Assembly (NCBI GenBank): GCA_943355135.1
Contig: CALREG010000001.1
Location: 1-40,917 of the forward strand
DNA length: 40,917 nt
Source of the DNA: Candidatus Nomurabacteria bacterium
Lineage (GTDB): Bacteria; Patescibacteriota; Minisyncoccia; Phycocordibacterales; SBAW01
Direction of reading: 5' to 3'
Positions 27,200-34,846 of this stretch are shown in pieces (position 1 is the stretch's first letter; each line of letters opens with the position of its first letter). Position numbers and translations under genes: made by a program. The notes beneath the pieces were generated by a model. The model saw only the letters and a program-made list of their open reading frames with translations, was not told the DNA's origin and searched no databases.

Positions 27200-27763
27200 C
27201 TACGAAGTTTTCAGGACAGCAGGATCCCTCGTCTGTTCCTGGATAACCAGTTCGTAGATTCGCTGGCCAGAAACTGTGAGACCATTATCTTTTCTGTATT
27301 GTTTAAATTTAAGAATATTTTCTCGCTGCTCGGGTGTAATAGCTATGGTTGAAATATCGAGGTGACCAGCATTTAATATTCGTGCACGCTCGGCCGCACT
27401 GATAAACCAGATATCAAAATTCCAGCGCTCCTCTTGTATCAATGCTTTGAGCATAATAAGCCGTCCTACCGGCTTTGCGTTGCCCAGCTTAGGATCATCC
27501 CAATCGCTTTTTATGTAGTAACTCATAAAACGCGAAGTTGTCGCAAGGTGAATAGTTTTTGCTACTTCGAACATCTCTGCCATTTCAAACTCTTTTTCTC
27601 TTACCACTCCAATATCGACATCACCGTGTAGCATGACATTCCCAGCATACGCGCCTTCAATAAAGGTGCTGCCAAATTGTTCGAGACAACGAATGAGACC
27701 GGATTCATGCAGAAAGGCGTCAGCCTGATCGTGATAAGTTTGGGCCTTTTCGGTGAGTGTCAT
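27200..27763 (-). CDS. Hypothetical protein with a pol-beta-type nucleotidyltransferase signature
   Basis: GAYAGNVMLHGDVDIGV fits the G[SA]-x(9-10)-DxD NTase pattern; 187 aa. TATACT (rc of 27770-27775) lies 6 nt upstream of the ATG. Confidence 0.5.
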   Translation of the reverse strand: MTLTEKAQTYHDQADAFLHESGLIRCLEQFGSTFIEGAYAGNVMLHGDVDIGVVREKEFEMAEMFEVAKTIHLATTSRFMSYYIKSDWDDPKLGNAKPVGRLIMLKALIQEERWNFDIWFISAAERARILNAGHLDISTIAITPEQRENILKFKQYRKDNGLTVSGQRIYELVIQEQTRDPAVLKTS

Positions 27764-27795
27764 AAGGAAAGTATACCCGCTCTATTTGGTTGAAG

Positions 27796-27817
27796 AAAAC
27801 CCGCCAAAGCGGGTTTT
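27796..27817. terminator. Bidirectional rho-independent terminator
   Basis: AAAACCCGC-CAAA-GCGGGTTTT. It lies between repeat copy 1 and the promoter of the 27200-27763 gene. Confidence 0.7.
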
Positions 27818-27819
27818 CG

Positions 27820-27931
27820 TAGCGGAGCGAAAGAGGTTGGCGGGAGGCTTCGCAAGTGCGACGGCACGAGACTTGAGGAAATTTTTAGCAAAAAATTATC
27901 CGTACTCCCGCCGGCCTGCTTTCGCGGAGCC
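27820..27931. repeat. 112-nt structured repeat, copy 1 (candidate ncRNA or miniature palindromic element)
   Basis: 107 of 112 positions are identical to 33551-33662 in the same orientation. It folds into a 20-bp closing stem (27827-27846 with 27905-27925) plus two inner hairpins. It ends 1 nt from the stop codon of the convergent dksA-like gene. Confidence 0.75.
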
Positions 27932-27932
27932 T

Positions 27933-28247
27933 CTATGCCATGTGCAGCTTGCAAGTAGCAGCTGCAGGGTTTGCCTCAAGACGGTCTGCTTCTATCTTCT
28001 CGCCACACTCTTCGCAGAAGCCGTAGGTGCCGGCGTCCATGCGGGCAACAGCGGCTATAATTTCATTTTTACGCGCCAGAAGGGTCGCCTTTTCAGACGA
28101 GTGTTCCTCTTCGGCCTCCATGCGGTCGGCGAGCTCGTCGGATTCGGTGGCAGTCGGGTCTATGTCCTCTACCCCAAGGTCCGAGAGCTCCTGCTTGACC
28201 ACATCTATCTCCTCTTCTAGCTTTGCCCGCAGTTCTTCGTTTGTCAT
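27933..28247 (-). CDS. DksA/TraR-family C4 zinc-finger protein
   Basis: The C-terminus FCEECGEKIEADRLEANPAAATC is the Cx2C-x17-Cx... zinc-finger pattern. The start was moved to ATG 28247 (MTNEELRAKLEEE). TATACT (rc of 28256-28261) lies 8 nt upstream. Confidence 0.8.
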   Translation of the reverse strand: MTNEELRAKLEEEIDVVKQELSDLGVEDIDPTATESDELADRMEAEEEHSSEKATLLARKNEIIAAVARMDAGTYGFCEECGEKIEADRLEANPAAATCKLHMA

Positions 28248-28294
28248 ATGAAAAGAGTATACCCTACCGAAGTAAGCAAACAAAACTCGTCTCC

Positions 28295-29491
28295 TTATTG
28301 CCTCGGGATAGGCACCACAGGGGTGGTATTGAGCCTCGAGAGTACCTCGCGCAGGGTGTACTCATTGGTAGTAATAAGCACGGTGTTGCGCCCAAGGAAG
28401 GTCCACAACATCAGTATGTCGCCGTTGATGTTTTGTACGACTCGCGCGTCGCGGTTTTCTACCACCCTGTCCAAAAAGTTGCTTCTGATGAACTGTAGCG
28501 GAGATTCGTCAGGAAGCGTGGCACCAGTCTTCTGCGGGCTCGGTATTCGGGTAAACAGCGGTGAGAGGTCGCTCTGCAACGTGCGCTCCCACTCGAGCAT
28601 CCCTGCGTACGCGGTTTCGTACGAGTCCACCTGCAACAAGAGGAAGGGCTGATTTTCATCAAACGAGTGGAGGCCAAGTAGGTACTGGTTGCTCAGTACC
28701 CGCAGCAATTTTTCGGGCATCTCGGGCACCATGGTGCCCAACAATTCGGCACTGCCTATAGGGCGGTATTGGCCGTCTTTTGTGGCGGGGCTTTCTGCAA
28801 TGTAGAGCCACTGTATAAGCCCGAGCGATAGTTTTGCTTGGATACGCGCCGCCTGCAAAATTGTCATCAACTCTTCGCGGGTATGCGGGGAGGCAGGCAG
28901 TGCCACAAACTTACTGTCGTCTACTGCAATAAATGGTGCTTGGGGTGCCACTGCGGCGGGTACCGAGGTTGGGCGCGCGAGTACTACAGTCAGTACCACC
29001 CCCGCAAGCAACACCAGTACTACCCCGCCAGCTATCATGGCCCACCGCGTCGAGCGAGCCTTCTTTTCTTCGTACGTTTCTTCTGGCAGAGGTTGTTTGC
29101 CTCGGCGCACCGCTTCGGCGGCGGCGGCTGATACCGCAGACACACCCTGCTTGGCCACGACGCTATCCAAATCGGCCTTGTAGGTCTGTAGCGGCTTGGT
29201 CTCTGATTCTTCAACAGGTGCGGCTGGAGTTGTGGGAGCAGGAACTTGGGTCGTCGGTCCTATGACAACTGGAGCCGTAGGAGTGGCAGGCTTCAGTAGT
29301 GTCGCATTTTCTTCCTGAGCCAAAAGCGCGCCCGCGTTTACACGCTGCGCGCTTTCAGGCGTCGGTCCGCTCTCTTTTTTAGGGAGCAGTATTTTGCTAA
29401 TATCGAGACCCTTAACTTCGGGGTCCGGTTTCTTTTCGGGGGAAGGAGGCATGAGGTTCTGTCGAAGGCTTAAGGCCTTTGCGAGACGCAA
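28295..29491 (-). CDS. Hypothetical membrane protein with a Pro/Thr-rich N-terminal region
   Basis: 398 aa with a central TM helix (WAMIAGGVVLVLLAGVVLTVVLA). The start is uncertain: 29491 and 29452 both overlap the pnp 3' end. Confidence 0.6.
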   Translation of the reverse strand: MRLAKALSLRQNLMPPSPEKKPDPEVKGLDISKILLPKKESGPTPESAQRVNAGALLAQEENATLLKPATPTAPVVIGPTTQVPAPTTPAAPVEESETKPLQTYKADLDSVVAKQGVSAVSAAAAEAVRRGKQPLPEETYEEKKARSTRWAMIAGGVVLVLLAGVVLTVVLARPTSVPAAVAPQAPFIAVDDSKFVALPASPHTREELMTILQAARIQAKLSLGLIQWLYIAESPATKDGQYRPIGSAELLGTMVPEMPEKLLRVLSNQYLLGLHSFDENQPFLLLQVDSYETAYAGMLEWERTLQSDLSPLFTRIPSPQKTGATLPDESPLQFIRSNFLDRVVENRDARVVQNINGDILMLWTFLGRNTVLITTNEYTLREVLSRLNTTPVVPIPRQ

Positions 29492-31586
29492 ACTCCGGAT
29501 CTACCGCCTTAATAGAGAGGTTGATGCGGCCTTTATCGTCTATCTCCTTTATCATAACCCGAACCTTCTCCCCCACGCTCACCGCGTCGGCGATTTTGTT
29601 GATTCGGAAGGGCGCGATTTCGCTCACGTGCACCAACCCTTCGGCATCTTTGCCGGGGCCCACCTTTACAAACGCGCCGAAGTCCATCAAGCGAGTCACC
29701 TCGCCGTCGTATACCTCGCCCGCTTTGTACTCCTTCACTATTTGCTCGATCATTTCCTTGGCTTTCTGCGCAGTACCGCCCTTGCCGGTGATAAATATCG
29801 AGCCGTCGTCCTCTATCGTAATGTCAGAGACGCCGGTGACATCGCGGATACCGTTGATAGTCTTGCCTCCCCCGCCGATGACCATGCCAATTTGGTCGGG
29901 TTTGACCTTCATGGTCAAGATTTCTGGCGCGCGCGCCGATATGGCGGCACGCGGCGAAGCAATTTCTTTTTCAATCACATCGAGTATTTGTAAGCGCGCT
30001 TTCTTGCCACCTTCGAGTGCTTCCACCAGCACTGCAAGCGGAATACCGTCGAGTTTGATGTCGAGCTGTATTGCGGTGACGCCCGTGCGGGTGCCGGCAA
30101 CCTTAAAGTCCATGCCACCAAACTCGTCTTCGGGGCCTTGGATGTCGGTCATTACTTTGTGCTTGCCGTTGTGGGTCATGACGCCCATCGCGATGCCTGC
30201 AACCGGCGCCTTAATCGGCACACCGCCGTCCATGAGTGCAAGCGTAGAGGCGCAAGCCGAACCCATCGAGGTCGAGCCGTTGGATGCAAGACACTCCGAC
30301 ACCAAGCGGATCGTATACGGGAATTGCTCTGCCGACGGGATAACCGCGGCGAGCGCCTTTTCTGCAAGTGCGCCGTGGCCGGTCGCGCGGCGGTTGATGC
30401 CGCCCATGCGTCCTGTCTCCCCTGCCGAGTACGGGGGGAAGTTGTAGTGATGCATAAAGCGCTTCTTTACATCGTGCTCCTCCATCGTGTCTATTACCTG
30501 CGAGTCGCCGGGGCCACCGAGCGTAAGCGCAGTAAAGACGTGCGTGCCGCCGCGATAAAAGACGCCCGAGCCGTGCAGTATCGGCGAAATCCCGCCTGCT
30601 TTTGCAAACAGTGGGCGGATCTGGTCGAACGGCCGATTGTCCGCGCGCTTGTTGTCCTCGATTGCGCCGCGATGAATTTCTTCGTCCACTTTGTCTTCTA
30701 TAAATCGTTTTGCAACACCCTTGTTGATGTCTTTGAGCGCCTCTACTTCTTTAATCCGCGCCATCCACGCGTCGGTCAGGTGATGAATCTCATCTTTGCC
30801 TGCGACTCCGCAGAATACGGTCGGCGTAATTTTGCTGGCAAACTCGGTTGCATAGAGTTCGGTCAGTGCTGCAGGAAGTTCTGGCTTAGTTGCATCACGC
30901 TTTGGCTTGCCGATTTCGGCAATAATCTTTTTCTGCCAGGCCAAAATTTTGTTGTGCTCTTCTACCGAAAGTCCGAAGGCACTCGCAACTACCTCTTCGT
31001 GCGCCTCATTCGCGCCCACCTCAATCATGTTGATGGTGCCGTCTTTGCCACAAGCAAGCACATCGAACTCCGCACCTGCGCGCTCGGCGTAGGTCGGGTT
31101 GATGATAGGTTGGCCGCCTTTTTGTCCGATGCGCACCGCAGCCACTGGCCCGCCCCACGGGATGTCCGAGGTCGCGAGTGCGAGCGATGCGGCGTTGACC
31201 GCTACTTGGTCGGGGTCTTCCTCATCAAGAGCGAGTACGGTAATGACTACCTGCACTTCGTTGCGGATGTGCTGAGGGAAGAGCGGACGGATAGTGCGGT
31301 CGACGATGCGACCGCTGAGGATTGCGGCGTCAGATGGCCGGCCCTCGCGGCGCATAAAGCGCGAGCCGAGGATTGCACCTGCGGCGTAGAAGCGCTCCTC
31401 GTAGTCGACGGTTAGAGGAAAGTAATCGATGTCGTCGCGCGTGCGACCAGATATAACCGCAGTGGCGAGCACCGCGGTGTTGCCGTAACGCAAAATGACC
31501 GAGCCGTTGGCCTGCTCGGCAAGGTCGGTAAACTCGGCCACCATTGTTTTGCCCCCCACCTCGAGCGAGTACGTTTTTGATTGCAT
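29412..31586 (-). CDS. pnp: Polyribonucleotide nucleotidyltransferase (PNPase)
   Basis: 724 aa with two RNase PH domains, a KH domain (MVIGGGGKTINGI) and a C-terminal S1 domain (GEVYDGEVTRLMDFGAFVKV). Confidence 0.96.
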   Translation of the reverse strand: MQSKTYSLEVGGKTMVAEFTDLAEQANGSVILRYGNTAVLATAVISGRTRDDIDYFPLTVDYEERFYAAGAILGSRFMRREGRPSDAAILSGRIVDRTIRPLFPQHIRNEVQVVITVLALDEEDPDQVAVNAASLALATSDIPWGGPVAAVRIGQKGGQPIINPTYAERAGAEFDVLACGKDGTINMIEVGANEAHEEVVASAFGLSVEEHNKILAWQKKIIAEIGKPKRDATKPELPAALTELYATEFASKITPTVFCGVAGKDEIHHLTDAWMARIKEVEALKDINKGVAKRFIEDKVDEEIHRGAIEDNKRADNRPFDQIRPLFAKAGGISPILHGSGVFYRGGTHVFTALTLGGPGDSQVIDTMEEHDVKKRFMHHYNFPPYSAGETGRMGGINRRATGHGALAEKALAAVIPSAEQFPYTIRLVSECLASNGSTSMGSACASTLALMDGGVPIKAPVAGIAMGVMTHNGKHKVMTDIQGPEDEFGGMDFKVAGTRTGVTAIQLDIKLDGIPLAVLVEALEGGKKARLQILDVIEKEIASPRAAISARAPEILTMKVKPDQIGMVIGGGGKTINGIRDVTGVSDITIEDDGSIFITGKGGTAQKAKEMIEQIVKEYKAGEVYDGEVTRLMDFGAFVKVGPGKDAEGLVHVSEIAPFRINKIADAVSVGEKVRVMIKEIDDKGRINLSIKAVDPEFASRKGLKPSTEPHASFPRKETGPRS

Positions 31587-31687
31587 ACCTTATATATGCA
31601 AAGTTCGCGAATTTTAGGTCTCAAGCACTATCTTGAGAGCTACCTATCCGCGCCCTTTGCGCTTAATTAATATACCGAAACTGTAGC

Positions 31688-31725
31688 AAAAAAAAGACCC
31701 TCGCGCGAGGCGAAGGTCTGGAAAC
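31688..31725 (-). terminator. Rho-independent terminator of the 45-aa ORF
   Basis: The minus strand reads AGACCttcgCCTCgcgcGAGGGTCT followed by T8. Confidence 0.6.
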
Positions 31726-31736
31726 GGGGCTTGATG

Positions 31737-31874
31737 TCAGCGGGTGCTGACGTCGGTGGCGGCCTGCGAGTGTTGGACCGTCTGCTGGCTGTTGCGGTAG
31801 GCGTCGTATCCGACCAAAACTGCCAAAACGATGCAAACCGGAAGAATCTGCCGAAGAACATAGCGCTTGCTCAT
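31737..31874 (-). CDS. Hypothetical 45-aa single-TM protein
   Basis: Below the track cutoff. Translation is MSKRYVLRQILPVCIVLAVLVGYDAYRNSQQTVQHSQAATDVSTR. It has an SD-like AGAGGG 8 nt upstream, a TTGCCA-N16-TATACT promoter further upstream and its own terminator. Confidence 0.5.
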   Translation of the reverse strand: MSKRYVLRQILPVCIVLAVLVGYDAYRNSQQTVQHSQAATDVSTR

Positions 31875-31942
31875 GGGTGGACCCTCTGTGCTGGACTAAA
31901 AACAGTATACCACAAAGGCCTTTTTTGGCAAAAGGGTAGTAC

Positions 31943-31971
31943 TTGACAAAACTAGTGAAAAGGAGTATAAT
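31943..31971 (+). promoter_or_regulatory. Perfect consensus sigma70 promoter TTGACA-N17-TATAAT
   Basis: TTGACA at 31943-31948, a 17-nt spacer and TATAAT at 31966-31971. It lies about 40 nt upstream of ATG 32011, which has GAGGAGG as its SD. Confidence 0.7.
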
Positions 31972-32010
31972 ACACAATGGAGCAACGAACCTTGAGGAGG
32001 GCATTAGAGA

Positions 32011-32544
32011 ATGTTCAGAATTAAGTTTCTGCTCTGGGCTTACCGCCAAGTCTTGGCGGTTACGGTCCTCTCTTGCTACGGAGCTGCCGTGCTAGCACTC
32101 TTGTTTTTGCTGGCATACGCGCCGGGGGCGGTCTTGTACCTCCTCGACGTGGTCTCGCCGATCACCGAAGCCATCAAGAGTGCGCTGTGGGGTCTATTCC
32201 CTGGCGACGCTCCGAAGTGGATTAAGGCGGCCGGCGGATGGCTGGGGGCGGCGACTCGGTGGACACTGTCGTTCACCAAGGCGCGCGAGGAGGCGATCGG
32301 GCGGATTCTTCTGCTCGATGGCTTTGTTCTCGTAAGTCTTATGGCTTGGGTATTCGTCAGGATATCTGGGCTGTGGGTCAACGTACTGGTGGCGCGGTGG
32401 TTCAACCGCCGCTACTGCCTAGTACGGCGGCAAAGCGTCGAGTCGCTTATGCCGCAAGAGCGGGATAACCCGCCGACATCCGCTCCTGCAGAGCAGCCGA
32501 AGAAGCTGCCACAAGCACCGCAACTTCAAAAGCCCCCTCACTAG
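32011..32544 (+). CDS. Hypothetical membrane protein (GC-rich islet I)
   Basis: 177 aa with about 3 TM helices and a Pro/Gln-rich tail. It has a strong SD, and its stop codon lies in the loop of its own terminator. Confidence 0.65.
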   Translation: MFRIKFLLWAYRQVLAVTVLSCYGAAVLALLFLLAYAPGAVLYLLDVVSPITEAIKSALWGLFPGDAPKWIKAAGGWLGAATRWTLSFTKAREEAIGRILLLDGFVLVSLMAWVFVRISGLWVNVLVARWFNRRYCLVRRQSVESLMPQERDNPPTSAPAEQPKKLPQAPQLQKPPH

Positions 32545-32560
32545 GGGGCTTTCTCTTTTT
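32528..32560 (+). terminator. Rho-independent terminator overlapping the stop codon
   Basis: AGCCCCCT (32531-32538), loop CACT, AGGGGGCT (32543-32550), then a T-rich run. TAG at 32542-32544 spans the loop/stem junction. Confidence 0.75.
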
Positions 32561-32611
32561 CCTATAAACCCCGACGCACAAAGTGGTCGGGGTCCCGACC
32601 AAGGTGTCGGG

Positions 32612-32641
32612 ATAAAAAAGCCCCGCTCATGCAGCGGGGCT
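32612..32641 (-). terminator. Rho-independent terminator overlapping the stop codon
   Basis: AGCCCCGC (32619-32626) and GCGGGGCT (32634-32641), with an A6 run on the plus strand giving a U-run on the minus strand. The TGA (rc of 32627-32629) lies in the loop. Confidence 0.75.
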
Positions 32642-33007
32642 TGGGTCGAGCGTCACATGGTCGCGCTGTTGTCGGCGCTTGGCGATACCGATCGCTTGGT
32701 CGAGCGACTCGATCGTCCGGTCCGATTCGCGGTACATCTTGCGCTTGGTGCACCAGTATCCCTGCAAGTAAGCGACCTTCTGTTGCACGCTTGCTTGGGT
32801 GAGCTTCAACACCAAGTTTAATTTGCCCCAAGGAGAGACTCCGTGGCGCGCATCGTGCGCTCCAGAGTCCCAATAGTGCGCCGTGTGCCCGATTGGCCAC
32901 GGGGCGTTGCTCTTGCAGTCTGGGTCGTGCTCGTATTTGTTGACCCAACTTGCACCACAGCAAGGGCACACGCCCTGCTGACAAAGTTTCGTCACTGGGT
33001 CTTTCAT
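32627..33007 (-). CDS. Hypothetical Cys-rich protein (GC-rich islet I)
   Basis: 126 aa from ATG 33007 (the track start at 33010 is GTG). CQQGVCPCCG...C near the N-terminus. SD AAGGGGAG upstream. Confidence 0.55.
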   Translation of the reverse strand: MKDPVTKLCQQGVCPCCGASWVNKYEHDPDCKSNAPWPIGHTAHYWDSGAHDARHGVSPWGKLNLVLKLTQASVQQKVAYLQGYWCTKRKMYRESDRTIESLDQAIGIAKRRQQRDHVTLDPSPAA

Positions 33008-33054
33008 CACTCTCCCCTTCGGTTATCTTCTGCCCAGAGAGTAACAAATAAGTC

Positions 33055-33099
33055 AAAAAATAAAAAGCCCCGCAGTTGTCGACTGACGACTGCGGGGCT
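33055..33099 (-). terminator. Rho-independent terminator
   Basis: AGCCCCGCAGT (33066-33076) and ACTGCGGGGCT (33089-33099), with an A-rich run on the plus strand giving a U-run on the minus strand. It lies 5 nt after the stop of 33104-33442. Confidence 0.8.
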
Positions 33100-33103
33100 G
33101 GCA

Positions 33104-33442
33104 TTACTTCTGACGCTGGACCTCGCTTGGGTGCGAAGGAATGATGTCCTGAGCCTTCGGCCGCGAACGCGGCACTGGCACGATCGTGCGGACATCTCGC
33201 TCGAGCTTCGAGTTGAGCTGTTCGATCTTGGTGAGGAGTTCCTCCATGCGCGTCATACCTTGGCGCAGAGTCTCCATCGCCTTGTCCATCTCCTTCAGGT
33301 CGGTGCAGGCCTCCTGGAGATTGGTGTCGGCACGATCTTCGGCGGTCGGGTTGGTGCAGAAAGTCGGCAGTTCCGCCGCGTAGGCAGGAGTGGCCAACAT
33401 AGCTGTGGCACAAAGCGCCGCAACAAAGAAGAGCCTCTTCAT
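33104..33442 (-). CDS. Small secreted coiled-coil protein (GC-rich islet I)
   Basis: Signal peptide MKRLFFVAALCATAMLATPAYA followed by heptad-like MDKAMETLRQGMTRMEELLTKIEQLNSKLE. SD AAGGTG lies 6 nt upstream. Confidence 0.65.
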   Translation of the reverse strand: MKRLFFVAALCATAMLATPAYAAELPTFCTNPTAEDRADTNLQEACTDLKEMDKAMETLRQGMTRMEELLTKIEQLNSKLERDVRTIVPVPRSRPKAQDIIPSHPSEVQRQK

Positions 33443-33550
33443 AGGTCACCTTTGGTTAGGGTTGAGAACGGGTACCAAACGGAATATAGCAAGAAAGCCC
33501 TATCTCCGCCAGAAGGCTAAGAGATCAGGGCTTTACATGTGTATTAAATC

Positions 33551-33662
33551 TAGTGGAGCGAAAGAGGTTGGCAGGAGGCTTCGCAAGTGCGACGGCACGA
33601 GACTTGAGGAAATTTTTAGCAAAAAATTATCCGTACTCCTGCCGACCTGCTTTCGCGGAACC
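33551..33662. repeat. 112-nt structured repeat, copy 2
   Basis: Aligns to 27820-27931 at an offset of 5731 with 5 substitutions. It ends 1 nt from the stop codon of the convergent NYN gene. A hairpin at 33497-33536 follows it in the minus direction. Confidence 0.75.
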
Positions 33663-33663
33663 C

Positions 33664-34335
33664 TTACTCGCCCGACATCTTGATAGCGGGGTCCTCCCCT
33701 TCGCCATTCCAGTCTTGCTGCGCCTCGGTTGTTTCGATACTGGTGTCGGCATCGATGCGGCCTTCTTTGCCACCACCATTGCCCGACTTGCCCCCAAAGC
33801 CGGGGATATAGCGCCCGACGCCGCCGCGAAAGCCGATGAGGAAGTTGCGTGGGTCTTCGCACATATCGATAAACTCGTCGGCCGCGTCGCGCAGCTGGCC
33901 AGAAGATGATTTGCCGAAGGCGATGACCTCGACTTGGCAGCCGTGTGCGTACTTGAGGTACTCTACGACCGGCACAAAGTCGCCGTCGCCGGTGGCGATG
34001 ATGATAGTGTCGAGCTTTTGCGCCATAGCCACCAAGTCGATGACGGTGCCGAGGTCCCAGTCGGCCTTCTTGGCGCCGCCCGCAAAGACGCGGATGTCTT
34101 TGACCTTAGTTTCGATACCAAGCTTGTTGAGTGCGTCGAAGAAGCCCTTCTCCTCCTCGCTCTCGGTGCGGATAACGTAGGCGATGGCGCGGATAAGTTG
34201 GCGCCCCGCTACGGCCTCTTTGACCACTTGGCCAAAGTTGACCTTGGCCTTGTAGAGGTTTTTTGCGCTGTGATAAAGGTTTTGCGTGTCTATAAAAATG
34301 CCGACACGCTGGCTTTTGTGTTTGATGATTGCCAT
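33664..34335 (-). CDS. NYN/LabA-like (PIN-fold) domain protein with a Gly-rich tail
   Basis: VGIFIDTQNLYHSAK...IIATGDGDFVPVV is the NYN-domain acidic pattern. The C-terminus is RGG/Gly-rich (FRGGVGRYIPGFGGKSGNGGGKEGR). Confidence 0.8.
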   Translation of the reverse strand: MAIIKHKSQRVGIFIDTQNLYHSAKNLYKAKVNFGQVVKEAVAGRQLIRAIAYVIRTESEEEKGFFDALNKLGIETKVKDIRVFAGGAKKADWDLGTVIDLVAMAQKLDTIIIATGDGDFVPVVEYLKYAHGCQVEVIAFGKSSSGQLRDAADEFIDMCEDPRNFLIGFRGGVGRYIPGFGGKSGNGGGKEGRIDADTSIETTEAQQDWNGEGEDPAIKMSGE

Positions 34336-34486
34336 ATAACAAAAATAAATTAAACGAACTGCTATTAAAAATAGAACACTGCGTATGTGCTGACGATGAA
34401 CCTACAAAACAAAAAAGGCCTTTCTATATAGTACTACCGTTTGGCAATACAAAATCTTTCACTTGCACCAAAAAAGTGCAAAACTC

Positions 34487-34753
34487 TTACTTCTTCAAAT
34501 TGAGCTTCTTGACCAGAGCGTTGTAACGCTTCTTGTCCTTGCCCTCGAGGTACTTCAAATGGGTGCGGCGGTCGGCTACCATCTGCAAAAGGCCGCGGCG
34601 GCTGTGCTTGTCCTTCAGGTGTTTCTTCAAATGCGAGGCAAGCTCGTCTATTTGCTTAGACAAAAGTGCGACCTGGACCTCCGGAGAGCCAGTGTCGGTG
34701 GCATGAACAGCCACTTCCTTCATAGTTTTAGTCTTTTTCTGCTTCGTCAGCAT
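34487..34753 (-). CDS. rpsO: 30S ribosomal protein S15
   Basis: [16 protein letters not shown]...[20 protein letters not shown] is typical S15. ATG 34753 is preferred because TGtGATACT (rc of 34762-34770) lies 8 nt upstream; the track start is 34759. Confidence 0.93.
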   Translation of the reverse strand: MLTKQKKTKTMKEVAVHATDTGSPEVQVALLSKQIDELASHLKKHLKDKHSRRGLLQMVADRRTHLKYLEGKDKKRYNALVKKLNLKK

Positions 34754-34815
34754 AAGCATATAGTATCACACCCCCTCATTTTGCGCAAGCCCCCACCCTG
34801 TGGTGTAACTGTTGT

Positions 34816-34846
34816 AAAGAAAAGCGGCCCGAGTTCATCGGGCCGC
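34816..34846 (-). terminator. Rho-independent terminator overlapping the stop codon
   Basis: GCGGCCCGA (34824-34832), loop GTTCA, TCGGGCCGC (34838-34846). An A-rich run on the plus strand gives a U-run on the minus strand. The TGA (rc of 34835-34837) lies in the loop. Confidence 0.75.

Noticed and set aside
27820-27931. Identification of the 112-nt repeat as SRP RNA, 6S RNA, RNase P RNA, tmRNA, a hammerhead ribozyme or a known riboswitch
   Set aside because: The hallmark sequences I know are missing or do not fit: the SRP GGAA/AGCAGC domain IV, RNase P GAGGAAAGUCC, the tmRNA tRNA-like ends, and the hammerhead CUGAUGA...GAAA core. Two copies also argue against a single-copy housekeeping RNA. 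A proper Rfam scan is still needed.
27753-28220. ORFs sharing the peptide ERKRLAGGFASATARDLRKFLAKNYPYS (27753-28220 and 33553-33909, plus strand) and the minus-strand pair sharing STDNFLLKISSSLVPSHLRSL
   Set aside because: The shared peptides are a consequence of the 112-nt nucleotide repeat. Outside the repeat the ORFs diverge completely and overlap real genes, and the substitutions fit a base-paired stem rather than codon constraints.
29479-31415. Long plus-strand ORFs (29479-30447 and 30138-31415) inside pnp
   Set aside because: They are antisense to an unambiguous PNPase gene. Their Arg/Ala/Ser-rich composition is typical of reverse-frame ORFs in GC-rich coding DNA.
31977-32024. 15-codon upstream ORF (MEQRTLRRALENVQN) starting at the predicted TSS of the consensus promoter and overlapping the SD and start of the 32011 gene
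   Set aside because: It is short and has no independent support. It may be chance and is mentioned only as a possible leader peptide.
32562-33520. ORFs 32562-33449 (minus, 295 aa) and 32843-33520 (plus, 225 aa) spanning islet I
   Set aside because: They run across two terminators and two better-supported genes (32627-33007 and 33104-33442). Their Arg/Pro/Gly-rich composition and lack of start signals indicate spurious ORFs. The same applies to 34776-35459 and 34874-35473 around the SleB-like gene.
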